DNA of 64,000 bases from the human T2T-CHM13v2.0 reference genome, Homo sapiens: NCBI RefSeq assembly GCF_009914755.1, contig NC_060931.1; one strand, given 5' to 3'. A program made the position numbers and the translations under genes. Of the stretch, positions 43,150 to 63,011 are shown piece after piece. Within the stretch, counting starts at the first letter, position 1. Every line of letters begins with the position of its first letter. The notes under the pieces were generated by a model. It made no database searches. It was given only the letters and a program-made list of their open reading frames with translations, and was not told where the DNA came from.

Positions 43150-43869
43150 GTAAGCCCCAGCACTGATGTCCCACCTGTGGCGGACATTGTGTCTGGTGAG
43201 TCGGTGAGTTTGGGGTTCATTCTTCTTGGCTTTCCCAAGGAAAATAAATACACCATCAGTGGCAACTTCCCCCAGGAAACCAGGGAGTGCTGCACACGTG
43301 AATTCTCCACAACCCACACTTTGCATATGGAGGGAAATTGGTTGCACTTGTTGAAGTACTCACATAATCTCCAGGGGATGCCTTCGTAAAAGCAGAGACT
43401 GAAATCTCTGGGGCTACAGCATAAAACGCTGCACGTCCTGCAGAGAAGATGCAGACCTGGTGTGTGTGTGCTGTGCAGAAGTCCCTTGTACTGCCCAATG
43501 CCATCTTTAGGACTTTAGGAATGGCCCTACTAAGACACCTGGAGTGTACTGCTCCCCTGCCAGGTCCACCAAGATCAGTGGCCCCTAGACAAGGCTTTCA
43601 CTTAAGGGTTATGGACAGAGGGTAACTGATAATCCCTGCAGCTACAACCAAGTATACCAGTTGTTTATTTTTTTTTTCTAATTTTACTTATTTAATTTTG
43701 AGACAGGGTCTTGCTCTGTCACCCAGGCTGGAAGGCAGTGGCGCAATCTCCACTCACTGCAACCTGCACTGCCCGGCTCAAGCAATCCTCCCATCTCAAC
43801 CTCCCAGGTGGGTGGGAGGTGCATGCCACCATACCAGGCTAATTTTTGTATTTTTACTAGAGACAGTAA

Positions 43870-43992
<123 letters not shown>

Positions 43993-44726
43993 TGAGATAG
44001 CTTCCCAAGGCCATCAGATAAGAGATTTTGGAAGTGCAGAATTCTCCAAGGGCTCACAGCAGCACTGGCAGGGAGCCCCTGTTCCTAGACTGCTGCTCTG
44101 TGATGTTTGTAGACATCTCTAGTGAAAAGTCAGGGACAGTGGATGATGCACACAGTTCAGAGACCCTGACTCTGGTCCCATCTGTCCCCAGGTGTGGCCC
44201 CACAAAGCCCCTCCCTCGGCCACAGCACCCACCTCACTAGTACTACAACAGGATCAGACCAGATGCCAGGCAGGATGGAGAGCCAGCCCATTTGTCAGCC
44301 CCTTGCACTTTCTTGCCCAGTTCTACTTCCCAGAGTCCTGGATCTCTGATACTGTCTCCCAGCAGGGCCTGTTTGTGGAGTGGCCTTCAGGCACGGCTGC
44401 ATCCAGGGCACCCAGCAAAGCATGAGTAGTGATGGGAAGAAGCTGGGTGGCAACATTGTAAAGACCTGGGTTTGATTCCCCACTCCATGAATTATGTAAC
44501 CTCCAGCAGGGCAGGAGGTTTAAATACTCGGGCCTTAGTATTTTCATAAGTGAAATGAAAGAATGCCATACCTCGCCCGTAATCCCAGCATTTTGGGAGG
44601 CTGAGGTGGGTGGATCACTTGAGGTCTTGAGTTCGAGACCAGCCTGGCCAGCATGGTGAAACCCCGTCTCTATTAAAAATACAAAAATCTGCCAAATGTG
44701 GTGGCGGGTGCCTGTAATTCCAGCTA

Positions 44727-44850
<124 letters not shown>

Positions 44851-45508
44851 TCATGCCAGTGCCTGGCACAGGACCTGCAAGGCACCTGGCATCACCTGGC
44901 ACATTTGAAAAAGGTCTGCTTACCTCCCCTTGCTTAAGGTCTCTCCCCACTCGAAAGAATTCTGTCACTTTCCACGATGAATTTGTAAAAATCATTATCT
45001 GCACTGCAAGACCTACTCATCCATATTAGCATGCCACAGCAGGGAGAGCCAGGTGAAAGGTTTTGTTTCCCATCATCTTCCTCAGGGACCCTAAATTTTA
45101 AAATCTGCATTAGTCACCACTGAGGTGCCACTAATACGGTGGCCAAAAGTCCAAGTTCAAACCATTACAAAGCTGCAAATGCCTTCATAGATATGTCTCT
45201 AAAAAGTCAACACTGGGGTCTGGTGCGGTGGCTCATAGCTATAATCCCAGCAATTTTGGAGGCCAAGAGATGCAGATCACTTGAGGTCAGGAGTTTGAGA
45301 CCAGCCTGGCCAACATGTTGAAACACCGCCTCTGCTAAAAACACAAAAATTAGCTGGGTGTGGTGGCAGGCACTTGCAATCCCAGCTACTAAGGGATTAC
45401 AGGCATGAGCCACCATGCCCAGCCATTTTACCAACTTTTATAAATTAACTAGGGAGATAAATGTATGTTTCTTTATATTTAATGCAACTGCACAGAAGAA
45501 ATGTGTCA

Positions 45509-45745
<237 letters not shown>

Positions 45746-46457
45746 TTATGGGATAGCCTATATTTTTACCTTTTCACTTCTTCTTATTTGGACAATATGT
45801 GCTTTGATGCATTTCTGTGATCTTCCCATCCCTAAAAAAAAATCTCTGCAGGCTGGGTATGGTGGCTCACACTTGTAATCCCAGCACTTGGGGAGGCTGA
45901 GGTGGGTGGATCTCGAGGTCAGGAGTTCAAGACCAGCCTGGCCAATATAGTGAAACCCCATCTCTACTAAAAATACAAAAATTAGCCGGGTATGGTGGTG
46001 CATGCCTGTAGTCCCAGCTACTAGGAGGCTGAGGCACGAGAATCACTTGACCCTGGTAGGCAGCGGTTGTGGTGAGCAAGATCATGCCACTGCATTCCAG
46101 CATAGGCAACAGAGTGAGACTCTGTCTCAAAAAAAAAAAAACACCTCTGCAATTTGAAGGATTTGCTGAATATATAGATGACCGGCTGCTCTGTGGTTTC
46201 CATGGAAAGCCGAAACATAATTACAAATCCAATTTCCTATGGATTTTTACAATGGAAAAAGGACCAGTTGTGTTAAGTGGCTAATTCTTTTTGTACACAG
46301 ATGGTTGATTGTCATTTTCTTATAGTAGCTTTCTGAATTTTTGCGGACTGCCAAAAGAAGAAAAACTTGTATATAAAAATTGATCAATTGGCCGGGTGCA
46401 GCAGCTCACACCTGTAATCCCAACACTTTGGGAGGCCGAGGCAGTAGGGTCATTTGA

Positions 46458-46725
<268 letters not shown>

Positions 46726-46890
46726 TAGCCAGGATGGTCTTGATCTCCTGACCTCGTGATCCACCCACCTTGGCATCCCATAGTGCTGGGTAAAAAACAA
46801 AAAAAAAAGTTTTAAAATAGCTCAAATTTAAGTACATTAAAGAAGGACAGAGTCTTTAGGAAATGGTAGACTAACAGGTCATCTATGTAG

Positions 46891-47301
<411 letters not shown>

Positions 47302-47525
47302 TGACTCAAAAAAAACCCATGAAGACACTAGGAACAATTTTAGTGGATATTTATAAAATAAGGGGGTAGAAAAAAAATTTTTTTTTAAGCATGATGCCAA
47401 AAGTAGAAATCACAAAGGGAAATTCAGAGCTTTATGGAGATGGATGGGTGGGTGGATAAATGCATGGATGGACAGATGGACATATGAATTTAGACAGACT
47501 GGCAAAAATATTTGCAATGTATATA

Positions 47526-47529
<4 letters not shown>

Positions 47530-47598
<69 letters not shown>
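47530..47598. repeat. Compound (GT)n(GA)n microsatellite
   Basis: Read directly; about 40 bp upstream of the L1. Confidence 0.95.
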
Positions 47599-47781
47599 TA
47601 GTGTAAGCCCTTACAGAGCAATAAAAAAGTTTCATTTTGGGGGAGGAACCAAGATGGCCGAATAGGAACAGCTCAGGTCTACAGCTCCCAGCGTGAGCGA
47701 CGCAGAAGACGGGTGATTTCTGCATTTCCATCTGAGGTACCGGGTTCATTTCACTAGGGAGTGCCAGACAGTGGGCGCAGG

Positions 47782-48090
47782 TCAGTGGGTGCACTCACCG
47801 TGCGTGAGCCGAAGCAGGGCGAGGCATTGCCTCACTCGGGAAGCGCAAGGAGTCAGGGAGTTCCCTTTCCTAGTCAAGGAAAGGGGTGATGGACAGCACC
47901 TGGAAAATCGGGTCACTCCCACCCAAATACTGCGCTTTTCCGATGGGCTTAAAAAACGGCGCATCACGAGATTATATCCCACACCTGGCTCGGAGGGTCC
48001 TACACCCACGGAGTCTCGCTGATTGCTAGCACAGCAGTCTGAGATCAAACTGCAAGGCAGCAGCGAGGCTGGGGGAGGGGCGCCCACCAT
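47782..48090 (-). CDS. L1 antisense ORF0, open, 102 aa (MVGAPPPASLLPCSLISDCCASNQRDSVGVGPSEPG...)
   Basis: ATG at 48090 in strong Kozak context (gcaATGg). N-terminus matches known L1 ORF0. Splice donors after nt 106 (GT 47984-47983) and nt 191 (GT 47899-47898). Confidence 0.65.
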   Translation of the reverse strand: MVGAPPPASLLPCSLISDCCASNQRDSVGVGPSEPGVGYNLVMRRFLSPSEKRSIWVGVTRFSRCCPSPLSLTRKGNSLTPCASRVRQCLALLRLTHGECTH

Positions 48091-48544
48091 TGCCCAGGCT
48101 TGCTTAGGTAAACAAGGCAGCAGGGAAGCTCGAACTGGGTGGAACCCACCACAACTCAAGGAGGCCTGCCTGCCTCTGTAGGCGCCACCTCTGGAGGCAG
48201 GGCACAGACAAACAAAAAGACAGCAGTAACCTCTGCAGACTTAAATGTCCCTGTCTGACAGCTTTGAAGAGAGCAGTGGTTCTCCCAGTACACAGCTGGA
48301 GATCTGAGAACAGGCAGACTGCCTCCTCAAGTGGGTCCCTGACCCCGACCCCCGAGCAGCCTAACTGCGAGGCACCCCCCAGCTGGGGCACACTGACACC
48401 TCACACGGCAGGGTACTCCAACAGACCTGCAGCTGAGGGTCCTGTCTGTTAGAAGGAAAACTAACAAACAGAAAGGACATCCACACCAAAAACCCATCTA
48501 TACATCACCATCATCAAAGACCAAAAGTAGATAAAACCACAAAG

Positions 48545-49562
48545 ATGGGGAAAAAACAGAACAGAAAAATTGGAAACGCTAGAAAGCAGAGCGCCTCTCC
48601 TCCTCCAAAGGAATGCAGTTCCTCACCAGCAACGGAACAAAGCTGGATGGAGAATGACTTTGACAAGCTGAGAGAAGAAGGCTTCAGATGATCAAATTAC
48701 TCCGAGCTACAGGAGGACATTCAAACCAAAGGCAAAGAAGTTGAAAACTTTGAAAAAAATTTAGAAGAATGTATAACTACAATAACCAATACAGAGAAGT
48801 GCTTAAAGGAGCTGATGGAGCTGAAAACCAAGGCTCGAGAACTACGTGAAGAATGCAGAAGCCTCAGGAGCCGATGCGATCAACTGGAAGAAAGGGTATC
48901 AGCAATGGAAGATGAAATGAATGAAATGAAGCGAGAAGGGAAGTTTAGAGAAAAAAGAAGAAAAAGAAATGAGCAAAGCCTCCAAGAAATATGGGACTAT
49001 GTGAAAAGACCAAATCTACATCTGATTGGTGTACCGGAAAGTGATGGGGAGAATGGAACCAAGCTGGAAAACACTCTGCAGGATATTATCGAGGAGAACT
49101 TCCCCAATCTAGCAAGGCAGGCAAACGTTCAGATTCAGGAAACACAGAGAATGCCACAAAGATACTCCTCGAGAAGAGCAACTCCAAGACACATAATTGT
49201 CAGATTCACCAAAGTTGAAATGAAGGAAAAAATGTTAAGGTCAGCCAGAGAGAAAGGTCGGGTTACCCTCAAAGGGAAGCCCATCAGACTTAACAGCGGA
49301 TCTCTCAGCAGAAACCCTACAAGCCAGAAGAGAGTGGGGGCCAATATTCAACATTCTTAAAGAAAAGAATTTTCAACCCAGAATTTCATATCCAGCCAAA
49401 CTAAGCTTCATAAGTGAAGGAGAAATAAAATCCTTTACAGACAAGCAAATGCTGAGAGATTTTGTCACCACCAGGCCTGCTCTAAAAGAGCTCCTGAAGG
49501 AAGGGTTAAACATGGAAAGGAACAACCGGTACCAGCTGCTGCAAAATCATGCCAAAATGTAA
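48545..49562 (+). pseudogene. L1 ORF1, disrupted
   Basis: ATG 48545; in-frame TGA 48689-48691 (codon 49); +1 frameshift near 49290; natural TAA 49560-49562. Confidence 0.9.
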
Positions 49563-49610
49563 AGACCATGGAGACTAGGAAGAAACTGCATCAACTAACG
49601 AGCAAAATAA

Positions 49611-53441
<3,831 letters not shown>

Positions 53442-54054
53442 ACAATGAGATCACATGGACACAGGAAGGGGAACATCACACTCTGGGGACTGTTGTGGGG
53501 TGGGGGGAGGGGGGAGGGATAGCATTGGGAGATACACCTAATGCTAGATGACAAGTTAGTGGGTGCAGCGCACCAGCATGGCACAGGTATACATATGTAA
53601 CTAACCTGCACACTGTGCACATGTACCCTAAAACTTAAAGTATAATAATAAAAAAGAAAAGTTTCCTTTCCCAATAGAAAAACCTCTGTATTTTCAGTTC
53701 CTTACTAGACATTTCTACCATGAGCATCTCAAACTCAGCTTAACTTGTTATTCTCCATAACTTCCCCCTTCCCTATAGTCAGCCCCTTCTGCTTTTTTCC
53801 TCTGCCCAGCGATATCTGCTCCTCCTTCAGTCCAGAAATGGATGGTATTTCTTCACTCCTTTGTGAGCCCTCCTGTCTAATTCGTGTTAGTTCTGGCAAT
53901 ATTGTACATTCCCAACTTCATCGCCTCTCTTACTACTGTCATTTTAATGTGTTTTCCTTCTCTTTTCTTTTTTCTCTCTTTTTTTTATTTTTTGAGACAG
54001 GGTCTCGCTGTGTCACCCAACCTGGAGTACAGTGGCACAATCTCTGCTTATTGA

Positions 54055-54276
<222 letters not shown>

Positions 54277-55194
54277 TAATTTGTTTTTCATCTCTTGGTC
54301 TCACTTCTTCAAGATCTTCCAAACTTGACCCTGTGCCACCAGTTTCTCCCTGGACAAAACCACCCTCCATGCATCTGCTAAAATTATCTTTCTAAAATAT
54401 GTCTGATCCTGCTAAAACCTGTCCCACTTAAAATCTCTCCGTGGCGCGCTCTCTCGTCTCTAAGGGCAAGTCCAAAATCACAGCATGATGCACAGGCATT
54501 TTGGGATACAGCCCTGCCTTCCCAGCCTCATCTTATGCTAAATCGAATTTCCCCATCCTGTGGAATCCCAGGCCCTTTCCCCAGCTCATCTTACAGCTGG
54601 TTCCACCTTTCCTGACAAGCAGATCCTGCCCTGCCTTGCCTGCTCCTGTGCCCACACTTACCTGCTCTGGTGAAAGAGGGCTCTGGTCTCCCCCATTCTA
54701 GGGGCTTTTCATGTGGGGTCTATAGAGAGAACCCGAGAGCTTCACGAATTGAACCCAGAAAAAATATATCTTTATTTCCATCAATGTCTAACTGCAATGT
54801 AGCATTTCCTTCCATTGCAAATGAAGCCCCCACACCGAGCTAATTGCAGACCGTGACCTTGCTGTGAGTGGAAATCACAGAGGCTTTCACATCTCATTCC
54901 CGTTGTTGCAGAGATCACAAACGCTGTTTGGATTCATCTTCAAAATGTCAGCGGTTCTTAGATATTTAGAGCAACAGTAAAGAACAGTTGTTCCTATATC
55001 ACAAATCTGGTTTTAGAAAAGTATTGTCTGGGCACAGTGGCTCATGCCTGTAATCCCAACACTCTGGGAAGCCAAGGTGGGCAGATCACTTGAGGTTAGG
55101 CGTTTAGTCCAGTCTGACCAACATGGTGAAACCTCATCTCTACTAAAAGTATAAAAAATTCACTAGGTGTGGTAGCAGGCCTCCCAGCTACTCA

Positions 55195-55287
<93 letters not shown>

Positions 55288-56086
55288 CTAGAGTCAGTCT
55301 CAGAAAAAATAAAAAATAAAAAATAAATTGCAATAACTGCACTTCAGAATAGTTGTTTTCCTTGGTCCTTAAAACATGATGAGGCTTACTTCCTATAATA
55401 GACTTATGGACTTAAGTCTTTAAAATATTGTGAATAGACGCCTGTATTCTTTACAAGACTTCCAGAGGGGACCATGGCAAAGGAAGGGTTAAGCATCTGC
55501 GTCAGATTAACAGAGCCTTGATGCCTGTGGCCGGATCCTCCTCTGTCTTTGCCCCACCGCTTTGCACAGTGCCACTTTGTACCACGTGACTTTTTATTTG
55601 TTTGCTTCTTTGTTTTGAGGCAGGATCTAGCTTTGTCACCCAGGCTGGAATGCAGTGGTGCAATCACCACTCACTGCAGCCTTGACCTCCTGGGCTCAAG
55701 GGATCCTCCCACCTCAGCCTCCTGAGTAACTGGGACTACAGGCAAGTGCCAGCACACCCAGCTAATTTTTTTTATTTTTGGAGATGAGATCTCACTATGT
55801 TGCCCAGGCTGTCTCGAACTCCTGGGCTCAAGTGATCCTTCCCCCTCTGCCTCCCAAAGTGCTGGGATTACAGACGTGAGCCACAGCACCCGATCCCTAT
55901 TTATTTTACTCTCTCTGTGTTTCCTTATATCCTGTGAAGATGGGTACAGTGGGAACTGGGTAGTAATTCTACACATGTTCTGGATTTTAGCTACTCACTC
56001 ACATTTATGATTACTTTACCTGTCAGTTAATTGCCTTTCTTTTCACTCGAGTTTTAGTGATTTTCACTGTCCAGAAGAATCATATA

Positions 56087-56551
56087 TAGTTGACCTTTGA
56101 ACAACACAGGGGTTAGAGGTACTGACCCTCACACAGTGAAAAATCCAAGTACAACTTTTGACTCCTCAAAAGTTTTACTGACAGCCTGTTAGTGACCGGA
56201 AGCCTTACCAGTTACATAAACTGGCGATTAAGATGTTTTGTAAGTTACATACGTTATATACAATATTCTTCCAATAAAGTAAGGTAGAGAAAAGAAAATG
56301 TTAAGGAAATCCTAAGGATAAGAAAACACACTTTCTGTTAAGTGGAAGTGGATCATCAAAAAGGTCTTCATCCCCGTTGTCTTCACATCAAGTAGGCCAA
56401 GGAAGAGGAAGAGGAGGGTTGGTCTTGCTGTCTCTGGTGACAGCAGAGGAGGAGGTGGGAGGGGAGCCAGGCACACTCAGTGTAATTTTACCAAAAAATA
56501 TTCAAGGTGAAGTGGAACCATACTGTTCAGACCCATATTCAAGGGTCAACT
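56087..56551 (+). mobile_element. Tigger2-family (MER28/Tigger2a-like) DNA transposon
   Basis: TIRs agttgacctttgaacaacac ... ttcaagggtcaact. Confidence 0.7.
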
Positions 56552-56655
56552 TGTGTGTGTGTGTGTGTGTTTGTACAACCACACATAAATAATAATATAT
56601 ATAAATAAGATAGGTCCCATCAATCTTATCCTTCATCATTTCTAATATGGTTTCA

Positions 56656-56895
<240 letters not shown>

Positions 56896-58306
56896 TTACA
56901 GTGAGCTGAGATCATGCCACTTCACCCCAGCCTGGGAGACAGCATGAGACTCCGTCTCAAAAAAAAAAAAAAAAAGAAAACAGTCTTTTCTCCTCAATCC
57001 ATTTTCTTATTCTTCAGTGATTTATTGTATCTTTAACTTGTCTGAAGTTTATTATAGCATATAGAGTAATAGCTGTTTCTTTTTCTTATTCTTTAATACT
57101 CAGTTTGCCCAATAATATTGATGACTTCTTCCCCCGATAAATAATATCTGACAAATCGGGCATAATTACACATACATCTGGATTTCTGTCTATAATTTCA
57201 TTCTATCAGTCTAGTTTTTCACTCTAATAAGTGCCACACTCTTTTGATGAAGTCTCCTTGTTTTCTATTTCAATATCTTGTATAGCCAGTTTACTACTGT
57301 TGTTTTTACTTTAAACAAAAACAACGACCTTTAGTATTTTGGGCACCTATTTTTTCTCTATGCATCTCATCATTTTACCAACTTTTTTTTTTTTTTTTTT
57401 TTGGAGACGGAGTCTCATTCTGCCACCCAGGCTGGAGTGGCAGTGGTGTGATCTTGGCTCACTGCAACCTCTGCTTCATGGGTTCAAGTGATTCTCCTTC
57501 CTCCTGCCTCAGCCTCCTGAGTAGCTGGGATTACAGGCACCCACTACCATGCGAAGCTAATTTTTGTATTTTTAGTGGAGGCGGGGTTGCACCATGTTGG
57601 GCAGGCTGGTCTCAAACTCCTGACCTCAAGATCTGCCCGCCTTAGCCTCCCAAAGTGCTGGGATTACAGGCGTGAGCCACCATGTCCAGCCATTTTACCA
57701 ACTTTTATAAATTAACTTGGGAAAGAAATGTATGTTTCTTTATATTTAATGCAACTGCACTAAGAAATGTATCATTCTTTTCCTTTGCTCCAAGCATTTT
57801 GTAATCTGATTTTTCTATTGGTGGAATTTATACTACATTATTTTAATTCCCACATGCTTATATGTTTATCCCTGTTGTAAATGAGAAAGATCTTTTATTT
57901 TATTTTGTGGATGTTTATTACTGGTATAGGGGAGTTTGTTATTTTCTTGTCTTTACCAAGAAACATAGCGCTTTGCTGAACCCATGATTGTCCCAGTCCA
58001 TTTGCTCAAGTGAATCCCTTGGATTGCATGAGACTGCATTACCTACAAGTAGTGAATGTGCACCCTTTGTGACACTCAGAGCCTCTGATCCTTTTCTTTC
58101 ATTCCTGTTTTCAAGAGGAGCATTCTATTATAGCTCTGGGAAGAATTGTGGAGGCTCTTGGTTTAAGTCTGTGTCCTTTTCCATGTTAACCAAATGCTCC
58201 AGTGATTTCCCCTCTGTAAATTGAACTGTGAAGTGGTTTCTAGATTCCATGGGATTAAAACCCCACAACTGTGTGAGATTCTCCTAGTGGGGTAGTTAGT
58301 TTTCTA

Positions 58307-58997
<691 letters not shown>

Positions 58998-59634
58998 TAG
59001 TAGGATTACACTTTTATACAGTACATTTCATTCCATTTTTATTTTACATATTTTATAGATTTTCTTACTTGATTATTTAAGAGAAGTTGAAGCTCATGTT
59101 TCTATTTACTGTGCTGTTTAGCATTTCTTATTTCTCCCTAACATTATTATGCCACATATAATATTGGTTAGTCTGGCTTCAAACCTTGCCTTAATTAGCC
59201 TTTAAAAAAAATCTAGTTGGCCAAGCACACTGGTGCACACCTATAACCTCAACACTTTGAGAGGCCAAGGCAGGAGGATCACTTGAGCCCAGGAGCTGGA
59301 GACCAGCCTGGGTAACGTAGCGAGATCATCTCTCTAAAAAAATTAAATTAGCTGGGCATGGTGGTGCTCACCATAGTCTTAGCTACTTGGGAGACTGAGG
59401 AGGGAGGATTGCTTAAGCCCAGGAGGTCAAGGCTGCAGTGAGCCAAGATCGTGCCATTGCACCCCAGCCTGGGCAACAAAGTGAGATCCCATCTCAAAAA
59501 AAAAATCTAGTTAATCATCGCCTTTTTACTCAAAATGTGTTTCTACCACTCTTTTTGGGTTTTTTAAAAAATATGTATTTTATTTTTATGGGTAAATTTG
59601 GCCTAATTATGTTTACTGATATAACTTTTTAAAA

Positions 59635-59790
59635 TTATTATTATTGTTATACTTTAAGTTCTAGGGTACATGTGCAAAACGTGCAGATCTGTTACATATG
59701 TATACATGTGCCGTGTTGGTTTGCTGCACCCTCATTTACATTAGATATGTAAATGAGGAGTTTGCTAACTCCTCATTTACATTAGATATA
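59635..59790 (-). mobile_element. Short L1PA 3'-end fragment with an internal fold-back
   Basis: tatactttaagttctagggtacatgtgca...gctgcaccc motif. Confidence 0.8.
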
Positions 59791-60554
59791 ACTCTTAACT
59801 GAAATTTCTCTTTACTGTTGAATTGTTGACCCTTTTTATTTTTCTAGTTCACAGTATCTCTGCCCTAGGCTTTCTGATCCATTTAAGGAAGATTGCGTGA
59901 ACAGCCTAATTGACCCTGTGAATGTCCCCTGAGCCTTCTAATTAGCCCTGCCTTGAGTCTCCTCTTGTTACTGAAATTCACTTTCTGATGCAGAACCGTT
60001 GAGCCCTTCTGAAACCTTTTCAAAACTACATATTTAAATTTTCTTATCATACTATACTGTTATTAGATTACATGTCTAGTATAGCAGCAAATTGTACTTC
60101 ATTATATTAACCTTGCTACCTCCCTCTACAAAGAGACCTGATCTTTTATAAAATACTCTGGACCTACAGATTCCGGCTGGTGAATTCTTTAAAGTTACCT
60201 GGATTTCAATGATTGTCTACTCCCTTTAAAAGCAGCTGCTGTTTAGCAGGATTATCAGTTAGTGGTGAGAATCTTTTATTCTCTATTATATGGTAAATAT
60301 TTTTCACCAACTTGAGGGATGCCACGCAGATCCCATGGGGTTGACACACATAGACAAAGACGTTCTTCTCATCACATTGTTTTAAACAATCGAGCTGCCA
60401 TTTTAACTTTCACTAAACTCAGAAATTTACCAGCTGGGCTGGGCGCAGTGGCTCACACCTGTAATCTCAGCACTTTGGGAGATCGAGGCAGGCGGATCAT
60501 TTCAGGTCAGGAGTTTCAGACCAGCCTGGCCAACATGGACAAACCCCATTTCTA

Positions 60555-60713
<159 letters not shown>

Positions 60714-60926
60714 TCAAAAGAAAAAAAAAAAGAAGAAGAAAGAAAGAAATGTATCAACTTGACACATCAGGGTTCTTCTGTAAGTTAAAACCTGGGAAGC
60801 GCCCTACCCTGGCATTTGAAAAGTGGCTGAAGGGCCGGGTGTGGTGTCTCACGCCTGTAATCCCAGCACTCTGGGAGGCTGAAGTAGGCGGATCACGAGG
60901 TCAGGAGATAGAGACCATCCTGGCTA

Positions 60927-61419
<493 letters not shown>

Positions 61420-63011
61420 TCATATCTACTAAAAATTAAAAACCCTTTCCAACATGAATTTTTTTTTTTTTTTTTTGAGATGGAGTCTTGCTCTGTTGCC
61501 CAGGCTGGAGTGTGGTGGTGCATTCTTCTGCCTCAGCCTCCTGAGTAGCTGGGACTACAGGTGCCCACCACCACACCTGGCTAATTTTTTGTATTTTAAT
61601 TAGAGATGGGGTTTCACCTGTTAGCCAGGATGGTCTCCATCTCCTGACCTCGTGATCCGCCTACCTCGGCCTCCCAAAGTGCTGGGATTACAGGTGTGAG
61701 CCACCATGCCCGGCCACGAATTTTTTTTTTAAGACAGGTCTTGGCCGGGTGCGGTGGCTCACGCCTGTAATCCCAGCATTTTGGGAGGCCGAGGAGGGCA
61801 GATCACGAGGTCAGGAGATCCAGACCATCCTGGCTAACATGGTGAAACCCCGTCTCTACTAAAAATACAAAAAAAATTAGCCTGGCATGGTGGTGGGTGC
61901 CTGTAGTCCCAGCTACTCAGGAGGCTGAGGCAGGAGAATGGCGTGAACCCGTGAGGCAGAGCTGGCAGTGAGCCGAGATTGCTCCACTGCACTCCAGCCT
62001 GGGCGACAGAGTGACAGGTCTTGGGCTGGGCCTGGTGGCTCACACCTGTAATCCCAGCACTTTGGGAGGCCGAGGCAGGCGGATCACATCTTGGGCCTGG
62101 CACGGTGACTCACACCTGTAATCTCAGCACTTTGGGAGGCCAAGGCAGGTGGATCACGAGGTCAGGAGACCGAGACTGTCATGGCTAACACGGTGAAACC
62201 CCATCTCTCCTAAAAAATACAAAAAATTAGCCGGGCATGGTGGCGGGTGCCTGTAGTCCCGGCTAACCTGGAGGCTCAGGTAGGAGAATGGCATGAACCC
62301 GGGAGGCAGAGCTTGCAGTGAGCCGAGATCATGCCACTGCACTCCAGCCTGGGTGACAGGGTGAGACTCTGTCTCAAATTGATCTGTTGCCCAGGCTGTA
62401 GTGCGATGGCACAATCATAGCTCACTGCAGCCTTGAACTCCTGGGATCGAGCCATCCTCCTCCCTCTCCCTCCCAAGAAGCTGGTTCTACAGGTGCACAA
62501 CAGAACATCCAGCTATTTTTTTTTTAATTTATTGTAGAGACCAAGTCTTGTTATGTTGCCCAGGCTCCTCTCTAGCTCCTGGCCTCAAGTGATCCTTCCA
62601 CCTGAGCCTCCCCAAATCCTGGGATCACAGGTCTAAGCCACCCCACTCAGCCCAAAACAAATTCTATAACCAAACCAGAAAAGTTTTTTGTTTAGTTTTT
62701 CACCTTAAAACTTTCATTACCCCTACTTCCCACAAAGTATTTGAAGTGCATTTAATACAAGACACAGAATCAATAAAGCTCTTAAGTGAAGTCTGAGATT
62801 TAAAGGGGGATAGCTCTGTGGGGAAGATAACTTCTAGGCTTGGCTTTGAATAAAAAGCTCAACTCTTCAATAATCTGGTGTGACTAAGACATTCTCTACC
62901 TACTTTTTTTTTTATTGTTAAGAGTTCGAGGCCAGGTGCGGTGGCTCATGCCTGTAATGCCAGCACTTTGGGAGGCCCAGGCAGGAGGATCACTTGATGT
63001 CTGGATGTCTG

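Noticed and set aside
47898-47900. ORF0 donor 2 fusion to SLC29A4 exons
   Set aside because: Donor 2 is phase 2 and all retained SLC29A4 acceptors are phase 0 or 1, so the product would be out of frame.
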